From: Lytechinus pictus
Taxonomy: Eukaryota
Assembly (NCBI RefSeq): GCF_037042905.1
Contig: NC_087251.1
Coordinates: forward strand, 12,772,001 to 12,836,000
Direction: 5' to 3'
Length of the DNA stretch: 64,000 nt
The number at the start of each line of letters is the position of its first letter. Positions within the stretch are counted from its first letter, which is position 1. A model generated the notes under the pieces. It saw nothing but the letters and a program-made list of their open reading frames with translations, searched no databases and was not told the DNA's origin. Positions 1 through 13,831 of this stretch are shown here, in pieces. Both the position numbers and the translations under genes were made by a program.

Positions 1-1327
1 GAGCTGGAGGCACTGTATCACTCTTTATAAAAGGCTTCGATTCAGTTGGTGAAGAAGGCACTCTTTGTTCCTCTGTACAAGTGGCACTTGAAAGGGGTTT
101 TTCATCCCCATCTTGGTCGAGAATCCCTTGTTCTGAGAAGCGTCGACTGAGACCGGGGATGGTCTCATGTATTCGGGTTGGCAGAGGACTACCAGGGGGG
201 TTCAGGCGAACTCTGAGTTCTGTCCTTTTGATATCAGCATGAGCAGGACTAAGGGGAGGTGGAGGATGAGATGTAGGCACACTAGATGAAGGTTGTTCAA
301 GGGGGAGCCGAAGATCCTGGAAGCCCTCATCTGGTGACAAAATCTCAGGCTGAACAGTCGCATTGGTTGGGCTACCAGGGGGATAGAGATGAAATACTGG
401 CTTGGTTTTGACCAACTGCGGTCGCACAGGTTTGGGGACCTGTATTGTAAAGTTTCCTCCACAATGAGAATGCATACTCCTAACTTTGCTGCGGCTTTCA
501 GGACAAGGCTCCTCTTCACTTGATGAACGCCCTATACAGGAGGGTGATTCAACAGAGAGTCTTGAAACGCCACTATCATGACTGATGCTCCTACGAGTCC
601 TTGTTTGCTCCTGAGGTACAACAGACAAAGACGATTTCTCATCACTAGGTTCTCTCTGCAGCTGGGAGTCCAGAGTTGGCGAATGACTACGGGGGCTCAT
701 GCAGACGGGACTACTTGAATTGAACCCACTACCATAACCGCTACTTGGACTTGTACTTGGTGATAAGAGTTGTTTAGGGAACAGGCCTCCACTCTCCGGA
801 TCTATAGAGTATATTTCAGGGGGAGCAAGGTTGATCTTTAGTGGCTTCGGACTGCTAGAACGTCTAATAAACAATGATGAGAGCTGTTCAGGGGACTTTT
901 GGTCATCAGAGATTGAGGCAAGAGTGAAGGACTTTGATCGAGCTCTTGAGTTGTGGATGGTAAGCTGATCCTTTGAGTCAGTCGATAACTCATTGTTATC
1001 ACTAGAGCTTACAAACTTGCTGCATAGACTGAAGATTTTTGGCGAGACCGGACGCACTGTGACCGAATCAAGAGATGTATTCCAAGACCCCACCCTGTGC
1101 TGGTTGGATAGAAAGTGTTGTGACGACCAATCCTCCTCGCTTACGGACGCTTTCCTCCTGGCCGTGTTCACCTCCAAACTCTCTGGCATGATTGGTTTGC
1201 CTACCAACAGTTTTCCTGCAGCAACGCTGCACTTCAATGAGTTGTCACTGGTTGCTGTTGATATGTCAGGCAGACTGAGTGAAGGCAATCTGAAACCCGA
1301 CAAAGATTTCCCTTCAGTTCTCCTCAT
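1..1327 (-). CDS. First coding exon of an unidentified Ser/Pro-rich, probably disordered protein N-terminus (MRRTEGKSLSGFRLPSLSLPDIST...); runs off the left edge
   Basis: Manual translation gives 442 open codons from ATG at 1327 to position 1, with an in-frame upstream TGA. A strong acceptor (ctaatcattttgtttttgtgtgtctttgcag) places the exon start at 1454. Many SP and basophilic motifs (RRKAS, RARSKS, RRSS, RTRRSIS, RRFS). Absent from the ORF track because there is no stop in the window. Confidence 0.85.
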   Translation of the reverse strand, partial: MRRTEGKSLSGFRLPSLSLPDISTATSDNSLKCSVAAGKLLVGKPIMPESLEVNTARRKASVSEEDWSSQHFLSNQHRVGSWNTSLDSVTVRPVSPKIFSLCSKFVSSSDNNELSTDSKDQLTIHNSRARSKSFTLASISDDQKSPEQLSSLFIRRSSSPKPLKINLAPPEIYSIDPESGGLFPKQLLSPSTSPSSGYGSGFNSSSPVCMSPRSHSPTLDSQLQREPSDEKSSLSVVPQEQTRTRRSISHDSGVSRLSVESPSCIGRSSSEEEPCPESRSKVRSMHSHCGGNFTIQVPKPVRPQLVKTKPVFHLYPPGSPTNATVQPEILSPDEGFQDLRLPLEQPSSSVPTSHPPPPLSPAHADIKRTELRVRLNPPGSPLPTRIHETIPGLSRRFSEQGILDQDGDEKPLSSATCTEEQRVPSSPTESKPFIKSDTVPPA

Positions 1328-1454
1328 AATAAAAGGTCTCGCTCTGTGGGGAAAGTCCCTCACTGTTCATTTACTGTTATGACATATCTGTAGATGTATA
1401 ATCCAAGCTCATCCTTGAATCGCTTCTGTCATTTGAGCCAGGATACAAACTTAT
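1314..1454 (-). promoter_or_regulatory. 5'UTR segment with three uORFs (1432-1409, 1412-1377, 1370-1314)
   Basis: uORFs encode MTEAIQG*, MSLDYTSTDMS* and MNSEGLSPQSETFYYEEN*; the last overlaps the main ATG out of frame. Confidence 0.6.
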
Positions 1455-4400
1455 CTGCAAAGACACACAAAAACAAAATGATTAGATGTGTAAGGTATTA
1501 GGCTTTGAATACACCTATTAACCTATTTATTAATTTAATATGTAATTCCCATAGTCTACAGCAGCTACAGTACATGTATAAGGTTGAAGAAGGAAACAAG
1601 TTAACAGTGAACAAGATAAACCACATAAAGCATATGATGGGATTCTCTGATTTGCTTCGGATTGGGGTATTACACTGAAGCCACCAAAACATGTATTAAT
1701 TATGAAGGTCATTTCATCGAAAAAGTTATCCAATTTACATAGAGGACACATTCATAAAAATAAAAAATATGCACTGGAAAATAGTTGGAGGTAACGTATT
1801 CGTACCTTGAGTAAACATGAAATTTACTATGTAGGTAACACAAACATCAAAGTTAGTGATTTTCGGCCCTAATGCATACCCAATAATCAATATTTTTGTG
1901 AAACGGTGACCATTCAAAAAATATTGTCTGTACTTTATCAGGAGTGTATGTTAGCACGAAGTCTCTCGGGTCCTTTTAGTAGAAAGTCAACAAGTAGAAT
2001 CTGATTATTTCTGGTAGCTGATAACAGTGTGAACACTTTACAGGAAATAGTTACAGTACATCATCAATAGAGCAGAGAAGGATACACAGGTCTCCAAAAC
2101 ACAATTTCCTAAAACCTAAAATATCACTGTTTTTACCATTTACTACCATAGAAAAGAGCAAGTTCCAACTTGGTAATCTACATTCGCAATTCACAAATAT
2201 GTTTAGTCCATGCTTGCATCACAAAGGTTGATTGTTTATTTAGGGTCAAGTCATGCAATACACACAAAATGTCACATGTGCAAACCTTTCTCTCAGCCAA
2301 CAACTCACCACATTTAAATATCCAACGTACATCTATAGAAATTATTCCAAAAAGCCATCCTACACAATCTCCCTGACATGCACCACAATTACATGAGTTT
2401 ATCAAGGGAATAAGGCAATTCAAATGACACTTACTCCTACTTGTAGTAAAGCGTTTTCATCAGCATTACAAAGCTACCTGTCATTGTTACTCACTCTCTA
2501 CTATGTGATCTTCCACTCAAATAGTCGCAACTTCCATTGATACCATCAGTGTATACAGAACTCACCACAAACATCTCAGCACGCAAACAGTGCAACTGCA
2601 AACAGACGATATAATAGGTTTCAATATATCTAGGCACTTTGCGAGATGACAACTTTCCAAATCATGATTTCCTGTTTTTGCTTGAGAGATTACACAAGCA
2701 TTATGGCATTGATTAGTCTGATCATTAAACATGTCAAAAACTTCCCTGGGAAAAAGGTGGATTCACACAATGCAATAATGCGGTTAAACGGTACACATTT
2801 TCCTTCAAGCACTCTTATAGTATGTCAGCAGAGTATTTTCAAATTTGGCCAACATTTCACATTTTTTGTAAGTAAAAGTTCAATCTGATCTCGGACCCAT
2901 TACAAAAAATGTAGCATTTGATCTTGCAACTGATTTTTACAACTGAATGCACATATAAAGTACATGTAATCAGCAAAAAGAATCGGTCAGTCTCACAGTG
3001 ACATACAGCACTCTGGTTAGGATACATGCAGAGCATCAATGGCAAAGTTTGTATCTTTCTTTTTTATTTTTTTACTTCTTGGTACTATTTGATGTCTGGT
3101 GATTTAGATCATTTTATTCATTAGCAATAATTAGCTTTAGTTGGTGACTATAAAGTGAATGGTTATTGAATACATTCATTTTCCCTGCTCAATCCATTGC
3201 TTGAACAATTTCAAGCTGAATGTAATTCAAGAGCTCTATCCCTCTATAGTCTAAAACAAAGGCCAAACATTGAAACTAGCTGATTATTTTACAAATCCTA
3301 TGGAAATTACAAATTTCAGTCGGCAATGGGTTATAAAAGTTCTCAATATTCTTGCAACGCATATACGAACATTTTTTTTCTTCTTCATCTGGGAAGCAAC
3401 CTGTTTTTTTATATATATATATTTATCTTGGCAAACAATATATACATAGTGTGGATTGTGATTATACAGTACATGTAGTTATTAGGATATGATACAAATC
3501 TCCCAAAACGTTTATTTACTGCAGTGTGAATGGCAGATCGAAAGCAACCAAATAGACAGTCGCAGTTCAGGGAGGAATATGATAAGATTATGAATGCAGA
3601 CAGATATGATCATATCCTGCAAAAGAGATGTTAAACGTATGCATATCCTCAATGAAACGTTGTTAAAGCCACTGTAAGAACACCAAAAATGAGATAAGAT
3701 GTGCACCATGAGCATTTCAGATAGGCAGTTAGCTTTCAAAGCTTCAAAGTTGGCAACAAAAGTTTATCTGAAAATAATTAGGCATTGCATCAAATATTCA
3801 ACATAAAATATTAATTTATTTAAACAAGATCATTCCTTCTTATACATGTAACTCATGATTTCTGTAAAATTTAAGTTTACTTCTGAAATGAGTGTGATTT
3901 GTAATTTTAGACCTATCTCAGGGAAATTGATTAGGCCTTTAGCCATTCCAAGTGTAGCTGCTTATTGCTCTTTATGAAAGATGTCTTTATATAAAAAGAT
4001 ATCAAATATCACACTTGGTGGTTAAGTAAACACAACTGTAAGAACATCTAGCTAAAACACTCAAACTGGCTTAGACTAACATGAATATCTTTGAACTACA
4101 TCAACTAACCAATATTCGGAAGTTTACAGCTGTTTTCCCCTAAATGTATGGCTTAAGTGCTTCTTTGAAAATAATTATGTATCATTATTGGTTTGCATTT
4201 ATGTGATCTAAGTTTCATATAAACAATATTTCATCTTCCCCAAATATAATTTAAAAAAGGCAGGATTCCAGGGATATGAATTTTAAATTTTCCTGGAAAT
4301 ACAGTAATATTAATCTAAATCATATTGTGCATGGCGGTTATGGAAAATGATGCATGTAGATCTGACCATTCTTGGTAGGGTTCATGATCTGACACAGAAA

Positions 4401-5985
4401 AAATGCATATTTCTGGTCTGGTCCATCCCACAATGTATTGATTCATGACTGATCAGCTAACCATTCAACCACTTCCACGTTTACTAAAAGAAGTAGCTTT
4501 AATATGAAACATAAGAAGAGAACCTATAAATACATGACTGTATTAGGGTGACAGGAAGTACCCACATGAAAAAGAGGAACTTGTGAACTCCAAACAGGAT
4601 ATAGAAATACATGCATCACAAAACAGGGAGACATTAATGCAATATAAAAATTGGTATATTAGCATTTACATGTAGTATCTCTGTCAGTGGGATCTACATT
4701 GTACATTTTAAACAATCCATTCTTTTTTGGGGTAGTATAAAAATACACTTTTTTAAATACCGATTTCATACAGGCAGATTTTAAAAAAATTGAAGTTATC
4801 AGAGCAGATGTCAGATATTTCATTTTAAGATAGCATATGATTTACATGTATTATCAAACACTTTTGAATATACATGTATACAGAAGTATATTGTATTATA
4901 GCTATTGAACAAATAATGTTAGAAATGTTTCAATCGTTGGATAGCAGATATAAAATCTCATTTTGTTATAACATTTATGACCATGTCCTATTGAAGGTTT
5001 TTGTTGATTTTTTTTAATGCCAATTATGATTATGGTATATCAAGTTATAATTTGTTTGCATGGTAAGTTGGATGTATTATCCAAAGGTGAATAGATAAAA
5101 AAAAGTAAATACAAAATTGCTCTTTCAATAATACGGTAATCATTACACTTTTTAAGTGCTTTTTCTTAGAAAGGTACAAATCGCATTACATGGAGAGGAG
5201 AAAGTATTTACAATGAAACAAAACTATATGTATAAATGCAATGATTGATCTCAAAATTAACTTTGGTAAATCTTTTTCTTAAAAGACGGGAGTTGAGACC
5301 CTGTCAACATGTCACTCAATGACACAGGCCTCGAAAGAAAGGAACATTGTTAGTTCAATGATTTTTCATTCAAGGGGGTTTTAATGAATTTTGTCACCAT
5401 GGAGAATTGACACACCTGCAAATGTATACAATTGTATGAGTCAGAACACTTCCATCATATGAATTGAAACGGGCAAGGCCTGAGGCTCTAATTGCAATAA
5501 AAAAAATCATGTTTCATTTCATGAGCAGAACAATGAGATTCAACCAATGTAAATAGATGGCACAACTGAAGCACAGACTTTAACAGTTCATGATAATTGT
5601 TAGAGATGAACAGTTTGATTGTTAACTATTATCTGAAGTATTACTACTGTAAAATTATGCAACATGTATCTAAAACTATAATACAGAAAATATTCAAGTC
5701 TTGGGCAATTCCATGATTTCACTTGATGGTCATTGTGAGTCTAAGATTGGCTTCAATTCAGAGATGCTTTCATATATTTTTCTATCTTGAAGGTGCTGAT
5801 ATAAACTCTAGAGTCTAGACAAAGCCAACTTCACACTATCAAATCAAATCTCGAAGAAAAGTGGTAAGGGATGATAAGAACTTTAATTTTGGTCAATTAC
5901 AAAAGGAGGACATAAAAACTTGAGACGTGATTGTTCCAAAATTTTCTGAAAACTAGGTTTTCTGACAGAAACAAGAGGAATGCCT

Positions 5986-6078
5986 CTTGTTGTTGATGAT
6001 GTTGTTGTTATTGATAATGATGATGATGAAGATGCTGCTGCTGCTGTTTATGATGATGATAAGGATGATGATGATGAT
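5986..6078. repeat. Compound (GTT)/(GAT)/(GCT) trinucleotide microsatellite
   Basis: Runs of gttgtt, gatgatgat and gctgctgct are directly visible. Confidence 0.85.
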
Positions 6079-6812
6079 AGTAAATCATTTATCAAAATTC
6101 ATATCACTACAATATAATTTTGAAGTAGGGCCTTCATGTACTTAAATTCAAATTCATGATAAAAACCTAGCTTAAATTTGAGATTTTGGAGGATAAATTT
6201 TTATAAATGCATGATTCATTACTTTATATGTCAGCCATGAAATGTTTGTCAAATAATTGGGCTCTTTGTGGCAATCAAAACCATTATGCAATAGTGGCTA
6301 AATGTGAGTCAGTATAGGTTCAGATGATGTATGCAGTAATGTAATCAATCATACGCACTTGTATGTAGACAAACAAATCAGAGTAGTTTCTATTTTAGGG
6401 TAAATTGGAGATTGTTCAAACTGACAGTCATTATTTGCATAGCAGTATAGTAATAAGTGTCATTCAAACACAAAAAGGATAATTCCTTAATAGAAAATGA
6501 CTGCTTGGGAAATCAAAGCTGCATATCTTCATTTCTGTTGAAAAATGTTTTCCAAAAGTAACACTTTTCATAAAATCATCTAATTTGTGTAACAAGATTT
6601 AGCCCTCACTATGCATCTGTATATTTTATAAAAAGTTGTTCATACAACCCCCCCATCCTTCCATGCACATATCTATTCAGAAGGAAACATGCAACTAGAC
6701 ATTATGGATTGCGCCTGTAATCAACGCTATGTCGTGAAAATTAAAAATTGATGAAGAGAATTCAGGTTCAAGCTCCGATCACATTAAAGGCCTGTCCCAG
6801 ACGTAAATAATC

Positions 6813-7403
6813 ATATCGTCGGCGGTCATCCGAGCCGTCGTATCCGCATAGGACGGTGAAAACCCATTTCAGAGAAAATCGACTTCAAAGTTTACTATAA
6901 TTTTCACACTTAGTTCTTGAGCCTTACAACATATTCATTGCTAGAAAAATACATGGTTGGAAAGACCAAGACAATTGCTTGACAATGGTATCCTTATTTT
7001 CACACAAAACCAAGGATTATAGAAAATATCGCAAAAGAGCTCCGTGCTTGTAATCTCAGTTTGAGCGGTTTAGATTTCCCCTGTACAAAAACGCCATAGG
7101 GAATACAACAACCCTGAGCGCGATTTCAATGCGCGCAGTCAGTCAAAACGTTGTATCGCTTTTCACATGCAAAGTCAATGGAGTGCAGATGGCCGATACG
7201 ACAGTTTGGTTGACCGCGCAAATTGAAATCGCAGTCAGTCAAAATGTTGTATCGCTCTGCTACAGTACACGTTTCCAATGGGATTTGCGCATTTTATTAA
7301 AAAGTTGTCTGGCATCGCCATGAAAATCCCCTCATATGATCTCAGAAACTAAAATAAATTGCTGCCTACAAAAATTAAGTTATGAATAAAATAGGACTTG
7401 TAC
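6813..7403 (+). mobile_element. 3'-truncated copy of the TA-flanked MITE at 17001-17737
   Basis: Colinear, high similarity to 17003-17590, starting with the same left TIR (atatcgtcggcggtcatccg); right TIR absent. Confidence 0.85.
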
Positions 7404-7728
7404 ATTTATCTATATTTATATCTAATGTGCACATCTCAAAAAACAACTCAATTACACCCAGGAATACACACACCCACACAGCCTCTCACACACACGCACC
7501 CTCACACACATGCCAAACAATCATTTTCCTTATTGTCATTTCTTTTCTTCGAAATGTTGATGTTGGAATCAAAGATGAAAATGAACACCATGGAAGGTAA
7601 CATGATGCATACTAGAACTTGAATGAAAATATTATTCTTGACAACTATCCTCAAGGCTATACACCATTGAACTAATATCACAGAACTAAATAATGCAGTA
7701 AGGCAGCATTTATGATATATGATTTTTA

Positions 7729-9025
7729 AACAAGTGGAGCGCCTCTGGCAGTCTCACCTGCATCACATGGTTCAATATAGCAGCAGTGCTGACTTTGAAA
7801 ACTACTATAAAATAATTATTCACAAAAAACACCATTCATTGACAATAAATTACATTTGACCTTGATCATGTGACCTAAGACTTATCAGTGATACCTGATT
7901 ACCCCTATATCCATATTTCATAAACTATATCTATAAACTTTGAAAGTTATGACAGTAATCTAATAATTACCTCCAAAATAGCCAAAGTTCAATGACCTTA
8001 AATGACCTTTGACTTTGGTCATGTGACCTGAAACTTGCATGAGATGTTCAGTGATACTTGATTACTAATTATGTCCAAGTTTTATAAACTAGATCCATAC
8101 ACTTTCAGAGTTATGATGGTTAATCAACAAATACACCAACATGGCCAAAGTCCATTGACCTTTGTCATGTGACCTGAAACTCGCACAGGATGTTTAGTGA
8201 TACTTGATTACTCTTATGTCCAAGTTTTATGAGCTAGACCAATAAACTTTCAAAGTTATGATGGTAATTCAACAAATACCCCCAACGTGGCCAAAGTTCA
8301 TTGACCTTAAATGACCTTTGACCTTAATCATGTGACCTACAACTCGCACAGGATGTTTAGTGATACTTGATTACTCTTAGGTCCCAGTTTCATGAATAAG
8401 ATCCATAAACTTTCAAAGTTATGATGGTAATTCAACAGATACCCAAACATGGCCAAAGGTCATTGACCTTTGACCTTGGTCATATGACCTGAAATTCACA
8501 CAGGATGTTCAGTGATACTTGATTACTCGTATAGCCAAGTTTTATGAACTATACCAATAAACTTTCAAAGTTATGGTGGTAATTCATCAAATACCACCAA
8601 CTTGGCCAAAGTTCATTGACCTTAAATGACCTTTGACCTTGATCATGTGACTTGAAACTCACACAGGGTGTTCAGTGATACTTGATTAACCTTATGTTTA
8701 AGTTTCATGAACTAGGTCAATATATTTTTTTAAGTTATGACATTTTAAAAACTTAACCTTAGGTTAAGATTTTGATGTTGATTCCCCCAACATGGTCTAA
8801 GTTCATTGACCCTTAATGACCTTTGACCTTGGTCATGTGACCTGAAACTCAGGCAGGTTGTTCAGTTATACTTGTTTAACCTTTCATATGAACAAGGTCC
8901 ATATACTTTCTAAGTTATGCTGTCATTTCAAAAACTTAACCTTTTGTTAAGATTTGGTGTTGACGCCGCCGCCGTCGGAAAAGCGGCGCCTTTACGCTCA
9001 CTCTTTTATGCGGGTGAGACAAAAA
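7729..9025 (-). mobile_element. Non-autonomous Helentron/HINE (DINE-1-like) element with ~7 internal 150-190 bp tandem repeats
   Basis: Subterminal inverted repeats tctcacctgcat / atgcgggtgaga, (GCC)n microsatellite near one end, central repeats (tgacctttgaccttggtcatgtgacctgaaac...gtgatacttgatta), A/T-run ends. Homologous in reverse to 51303-54426. Confidence 0.7.
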
Positions 9026-9559
9026 TGGGAATGATACATTTCAATATTGGGAGTGAAGTTCTTTCCTAAAAGAGAAAAGGAATAGTTTTCAAACTGGTTT
9101 CAAGCAAAGGATGGCTATGGGAATTCCCTGAAATCTACAACTTCGTTCAAAACAGCCACAAACCAAGTCAATTTAGGCCTAAGGCCAGGGACTATACATG
9201 TAGGCCTTGGTTTTCATTTGGCCAGAGGCATTTGCTGGATGACAGTCTCTACTTTGCAGGCATAACTTCTTTAACTAGTAATCTAAACTGTTGCATGAAA
9301 AAACTGTGTCTTGACCTCCGAGGCTATAGGTAAATTTGGGTCTGGATCATTTTGAATGGAGCGGGGAGCTTCAAGTAAGCCTAAAAAAGATAATTCTATG
9401 GCAAAATTTAATAATACACCTTGCTCATTACATCACCAATTGAAAGTGCTTTTATATTTCTTTGGAAGCCCCCATCATGGCTGTAATGAACGCAACACTG
9501 GAGAAACGTGTTCCTAGATCGGCGTTTGTTCGAAAATCAAATGCTCATTTCTAACTTAA

Positions 9560-10140
9560 AGGAGAAGTAAACCTATGGAACAAGATAGCTTGTGTGAAAC
9601 AGAAAAATCAAAGAAACAGATCAACAAAAGTTTGAGAAAAATCGGACAAATAATGAGAAAGTTATGAGCATTTGAATATTGCGATCACTAATGCTATGGA
9701 GATCCTCAAATTGGCAATGCGACAAAGATGTGTGATGTCACTTGTGAACAACTCTCCCCATTACTTTAGTATATATTTCACTTAAATTGCCTCTTTTGTC
9801 ATATCTATCAGTAGATCGTCTTTTCTTTCTATAGGAGGGCATGTAATACAGATTTTTAAAGAATACATCATGGAAAAAGAGTTTGTATCACCATAAGAAA
9901 AAGCAAAAAGAGACATTTTGAGGGTATTTATAGTCCATCAAAGGGAAAGTTTTTCACATGTGACATCACACATCCTTGTCGCATTGCCAATGGAGGGTCT
10001 CCATAGCATTAGTGATTGGAATATTCAAATGCTCATAACTTTCTCATTATTTGTCCGATTTTTCTCAAACTTTCTTTGTTCTTATTTTTTAATTCTCTGT
10101 TCCGACACAAGCCTACTTGTTCCAAAGGTTTCATTCCCCT
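9560..10140. mobile_element. Foldback MITE with TTAA TSD (Kolobok/piggyBac-type)
   Basis: ttaa|aggagaag...ttcccct|ttaa; the first ~200 bp are an inverted repeat of the last ~200 bp. Confidence 0.85.
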
Positions 10141-13100
10141 TTAAAATGCAACAACACTTTGGCCACATAAAAATCCAACTACCAAACCAACTATTCTCCC
10201 TGGGATTATCCTAAACCACTAATTATAATCATCCTTTATGTCTTTTCAAATAACCTCATTAACTGAAATTTTGGGGAATTTAAAAAAAAAACCTGAAACA
10301 TGAGTTATAATGAGACATCGCCAGATGCCCCAGTAGCATTTTATTATGTATACTTTAATATTCTTTATTTTTTCTAACTATTATCCTCACCATGGTGGAA
10401 ATTATATGGCTATGTCAAGTAGCTCCATGCAATGACTAAAATATCAGAAATTGTTCGTAAATAAAAGTCGACGTACCTTCCTCATAACAACACTCTGAAA
10501 AAAAACTTTCGAAAAAGGGCGCGCCCAATTTGACCTCGCTTTCCTCAACGAAAATTATGATGCGAAGCCAGCTGGAGATTGTGATTTTGCCTCTAAAAAA
10601 TTAAGCATAAACAGCACTCCCAGAACCAAGTTTACGATCGGCAATCTGAAATGTTTCAAAACGCTGATTCTGTCTTCGCAATGGAAGCATAAACACACCC
10701 TTAATGACAGTTATATAAACCATGTTATCACATGATTATATTTGAACCAAAAAGAAGAGCTTTTGTATTGTCTTCTAACTCTGAAGGTGTTGGTGTTTTC
10801 TTTATCTTCTCCCATGATTCATTGTATTTTGAAGTAGCAGGGCGATTATTTTTTTTTCTTTTGTACAGATAGAATCCCGTGGTAACATTAGTCAAAGGAG
10901 AAAGGACAAAAATAATGGATGACATTTGTGGATGAACAATGTAAAACCAAGATAGAAAGACAAAAATAGATTGAGAGAATCTGACCAGTCACGTCTGTAT
11001 TAGAATACAGTAGATACAATAGTCAAAGCGCAAAGGGCATTATAGGATTTCACTAAAAGGTCAAAATCTATTAAGATTTTCTTTGAATGTCATGTTTTGA
11101 TCAAATTATATGAACATGTATCTATGTTCTTAATTTTCTATAACCAGATATTTAGTATTTGGTAACTTCAAAAAACAGCATTATATCATCAGATACATTC
11201 TCTCATTTCATATCTTAATAAGAAATAAACTATTCTCTTAGAGTTCTGCTTTTATGACAATGTACATGTACCATTCAGCCTGATGAATTTATAGTTCAAA
11301 AACTAGGTCTTGTAAATTTTGTAGGAGAGAAGAAAAAAATGAAGAGTCCATGTTTACAGAATACCTTACAAGCCATATTTCAAGCATTGACAGGAAAAAA
11401 TATTCTTTTGAAAATATATCCAATTTCCAATATCAAAATCTGAATGTTTTAAATATAAATCTAATATTGAATTTCTTTTCTTGTAACTGCACTATTGTTT
11501 ATCCACTTATATGATACTGTTCAACCTAATTCTATAATAATATTTTTCCTTCTGACCCGCAGCTTTAAAAAGCATATTGTACTTCATATTCATGACAAAT
11601 GCATGCATATTGATCATTTCTTTCACAGATACTGTTTCCATGGTAATTTCAATACGTCAGCAATAACATCACATTCTTGCAAGTGTTATTTTATATGACA
11701 GATAATAGTTTTCCCTGAGTGGTGAGCAATGGTTTTATATGCTGGATGGTCTCTAGAACTGTAGAATTTATAATCTGCATAGAATTGAAGAGGACTTTTT
11801 TTTACTCTATGGTACTTTAAATGCATTGAAAAACATAAATGTCATAATTTCAGATACTAAGAAAACAACCAGAATAATCTTTTTCACAGTAAACCTAAAA
11901 ATAGAGTTAGGATGATGATGAACGCAAGTGACTGAAAACTGAAAAAAGACAGACGGACAGATGGATGGATGGATGGATAGAGAGAGACAGAGGAAGAGAG
12001 GGATAAACTGAGGAATAGATATACATATAGGCAAGCAAACAGTTTGTAAACAAGAATCTATTAAAGTTTATGAAGAAAATTTAAAGACAAAAATCAATAA
12101 ACCTTTCTAGATTAAATTCTGAAAAATTCCTCTTTTAAATATACTTTAAAAATCAAATTTTATTTTGAGATTACAGGAAGCCCAACAGAAAATGAAAGGG
12201 AAAACAAAAACATCTTGAGGATGATTTTCAAATAAAATCCTTAGTTTTTATCTTTTCAAAATGGTTCCTAGCTTTTATAGATATATACTTGTCTGCAGAA
12301 TATAATTTTTGAAAGTCATAATTTAACATCTGCTTTCTATACAGTGTATGTAATGCTAATCATACATAAAAAAATTCACAAAGTCATATCTCTATTCAGT
12401 ATAAGAAACTTTGGAAAAATCAACATTATATCACTTTCACATTAAAATAGTAACTATTCTAATAAAACATTGTTGAACATACAGTGTACAATATAAACAA
12501 GATTTTATGTATAATTTTTTTGGGGTTGAGAGTTTGGGCCACTCTTCAATATAATACATTATATTGTTTAGCCTTTCTTTATACTTTTATTGCAAAGACA
12601 GAATCAGCATTTTGAAACGCTGTTTAAAAACACTGATCACAGATGACTCTAGGAGTGCTATTATTCGATTGATTCGGGAGAAACGACCGTAAATGCACCT
12701 TTTTGCAAGTACACAATCTGCATTTTGAAACATTAAAGAAATGATGCAACCATATTTTGAAATTGATGTGTATAAAACACTGATTCTGGCTTGAAAATTA
12801 GAAGCATAAAACCCGCCCTTATTTCTAAAAGTGTGATCTCGGAAAATAGACTAAGTGAGGGTATGCGTAACACAAAATGACCATCATTTTATCACTGGAA
12901 CAGAAGGTGTGTATTATCTCAGCTGATCGGGCACGCTATGCGGAAATATAACAAGCAATAGCCTCGGGAATAGCCTCGTCATTATAATCCTGCTAGATAC
13001 ATAATAGCTCTTCAAGGAAATATAAGGTAATTAATAATGTCCTTTTTTCCTCTGCTTCGCATATATCTGGATTTCTTTTTCTCTTTGTATTCTTGTAATC

Positions 13101-13831
13101 TCTCTATCTTTCTCACGACAATAGTAACCTTGATTTCTTTTAAATATTTTGTTGCTGTACATCTCTCATCTTCAATTTTGATTCCCTCATATCTTACGAT
13201 TCCCCCTTTCTCTCCCCTCTCCTACCTCCATCCCCCCCCCCCCCCGCGTCCACTTACTCTCATTCTCCTACATTTCATGTGTTCTGATTTTTCCCACTTT
13301 CTTTTTTTACACTACACCATTATCTAGAAGAATTTATAAAGTTCATCAACTGGGCATGAACTTGTGAGACTTCATGTTCCCCTTATCTCACGTTGTTAAT
13401 GGCAACTGGAGCTCCTGGCAAGCCAAGGTTTTGATTAATCATATTTCCTCATACTGAGCATAAATGATGCAGACTTTGCAGGAATGTTCACTCCCCGGAA
13501 ATTATGTGTTACAAAAATAAGAAAGGTGTGAAAAAGTGAGAGTTTGTTTGATAAGGAATGTGGCATGTACAAAACTATGGCTTTATAATGGGAGTCTATA
13601 TTTCCTACTTGCTCATACAAATGATGTTCAAGTCAAACAGCAAGTCAAAATAGCAGCTTACATGTCTCACAGGGCTATCAAAATTACCAAAGCCAGAGAA
13701 AAGTTAAAGACTCCAACATAAATAGAAGTTCCTCTTTTTATAAGAACCCTTTGTTTAATTTTTATTTGATTTATTTCTAGAAATTAAATCCTAAATGTAG
13801 TATCCTTAAAATGACCCCCATTCTCACATAA

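Noticed and set aside
993-1382. 129-aa plus-strand ORF (and the 202-519 minus-strand ORF)
   Set aside because: Antisense or alternate-frame shadows of the real minus-strand ORF at 1327 to <1.
7860-8900. CRISPR-like periodic repeats
   Set aside because: Eukaryotic DNA; whole units repeat with no unique spacers.
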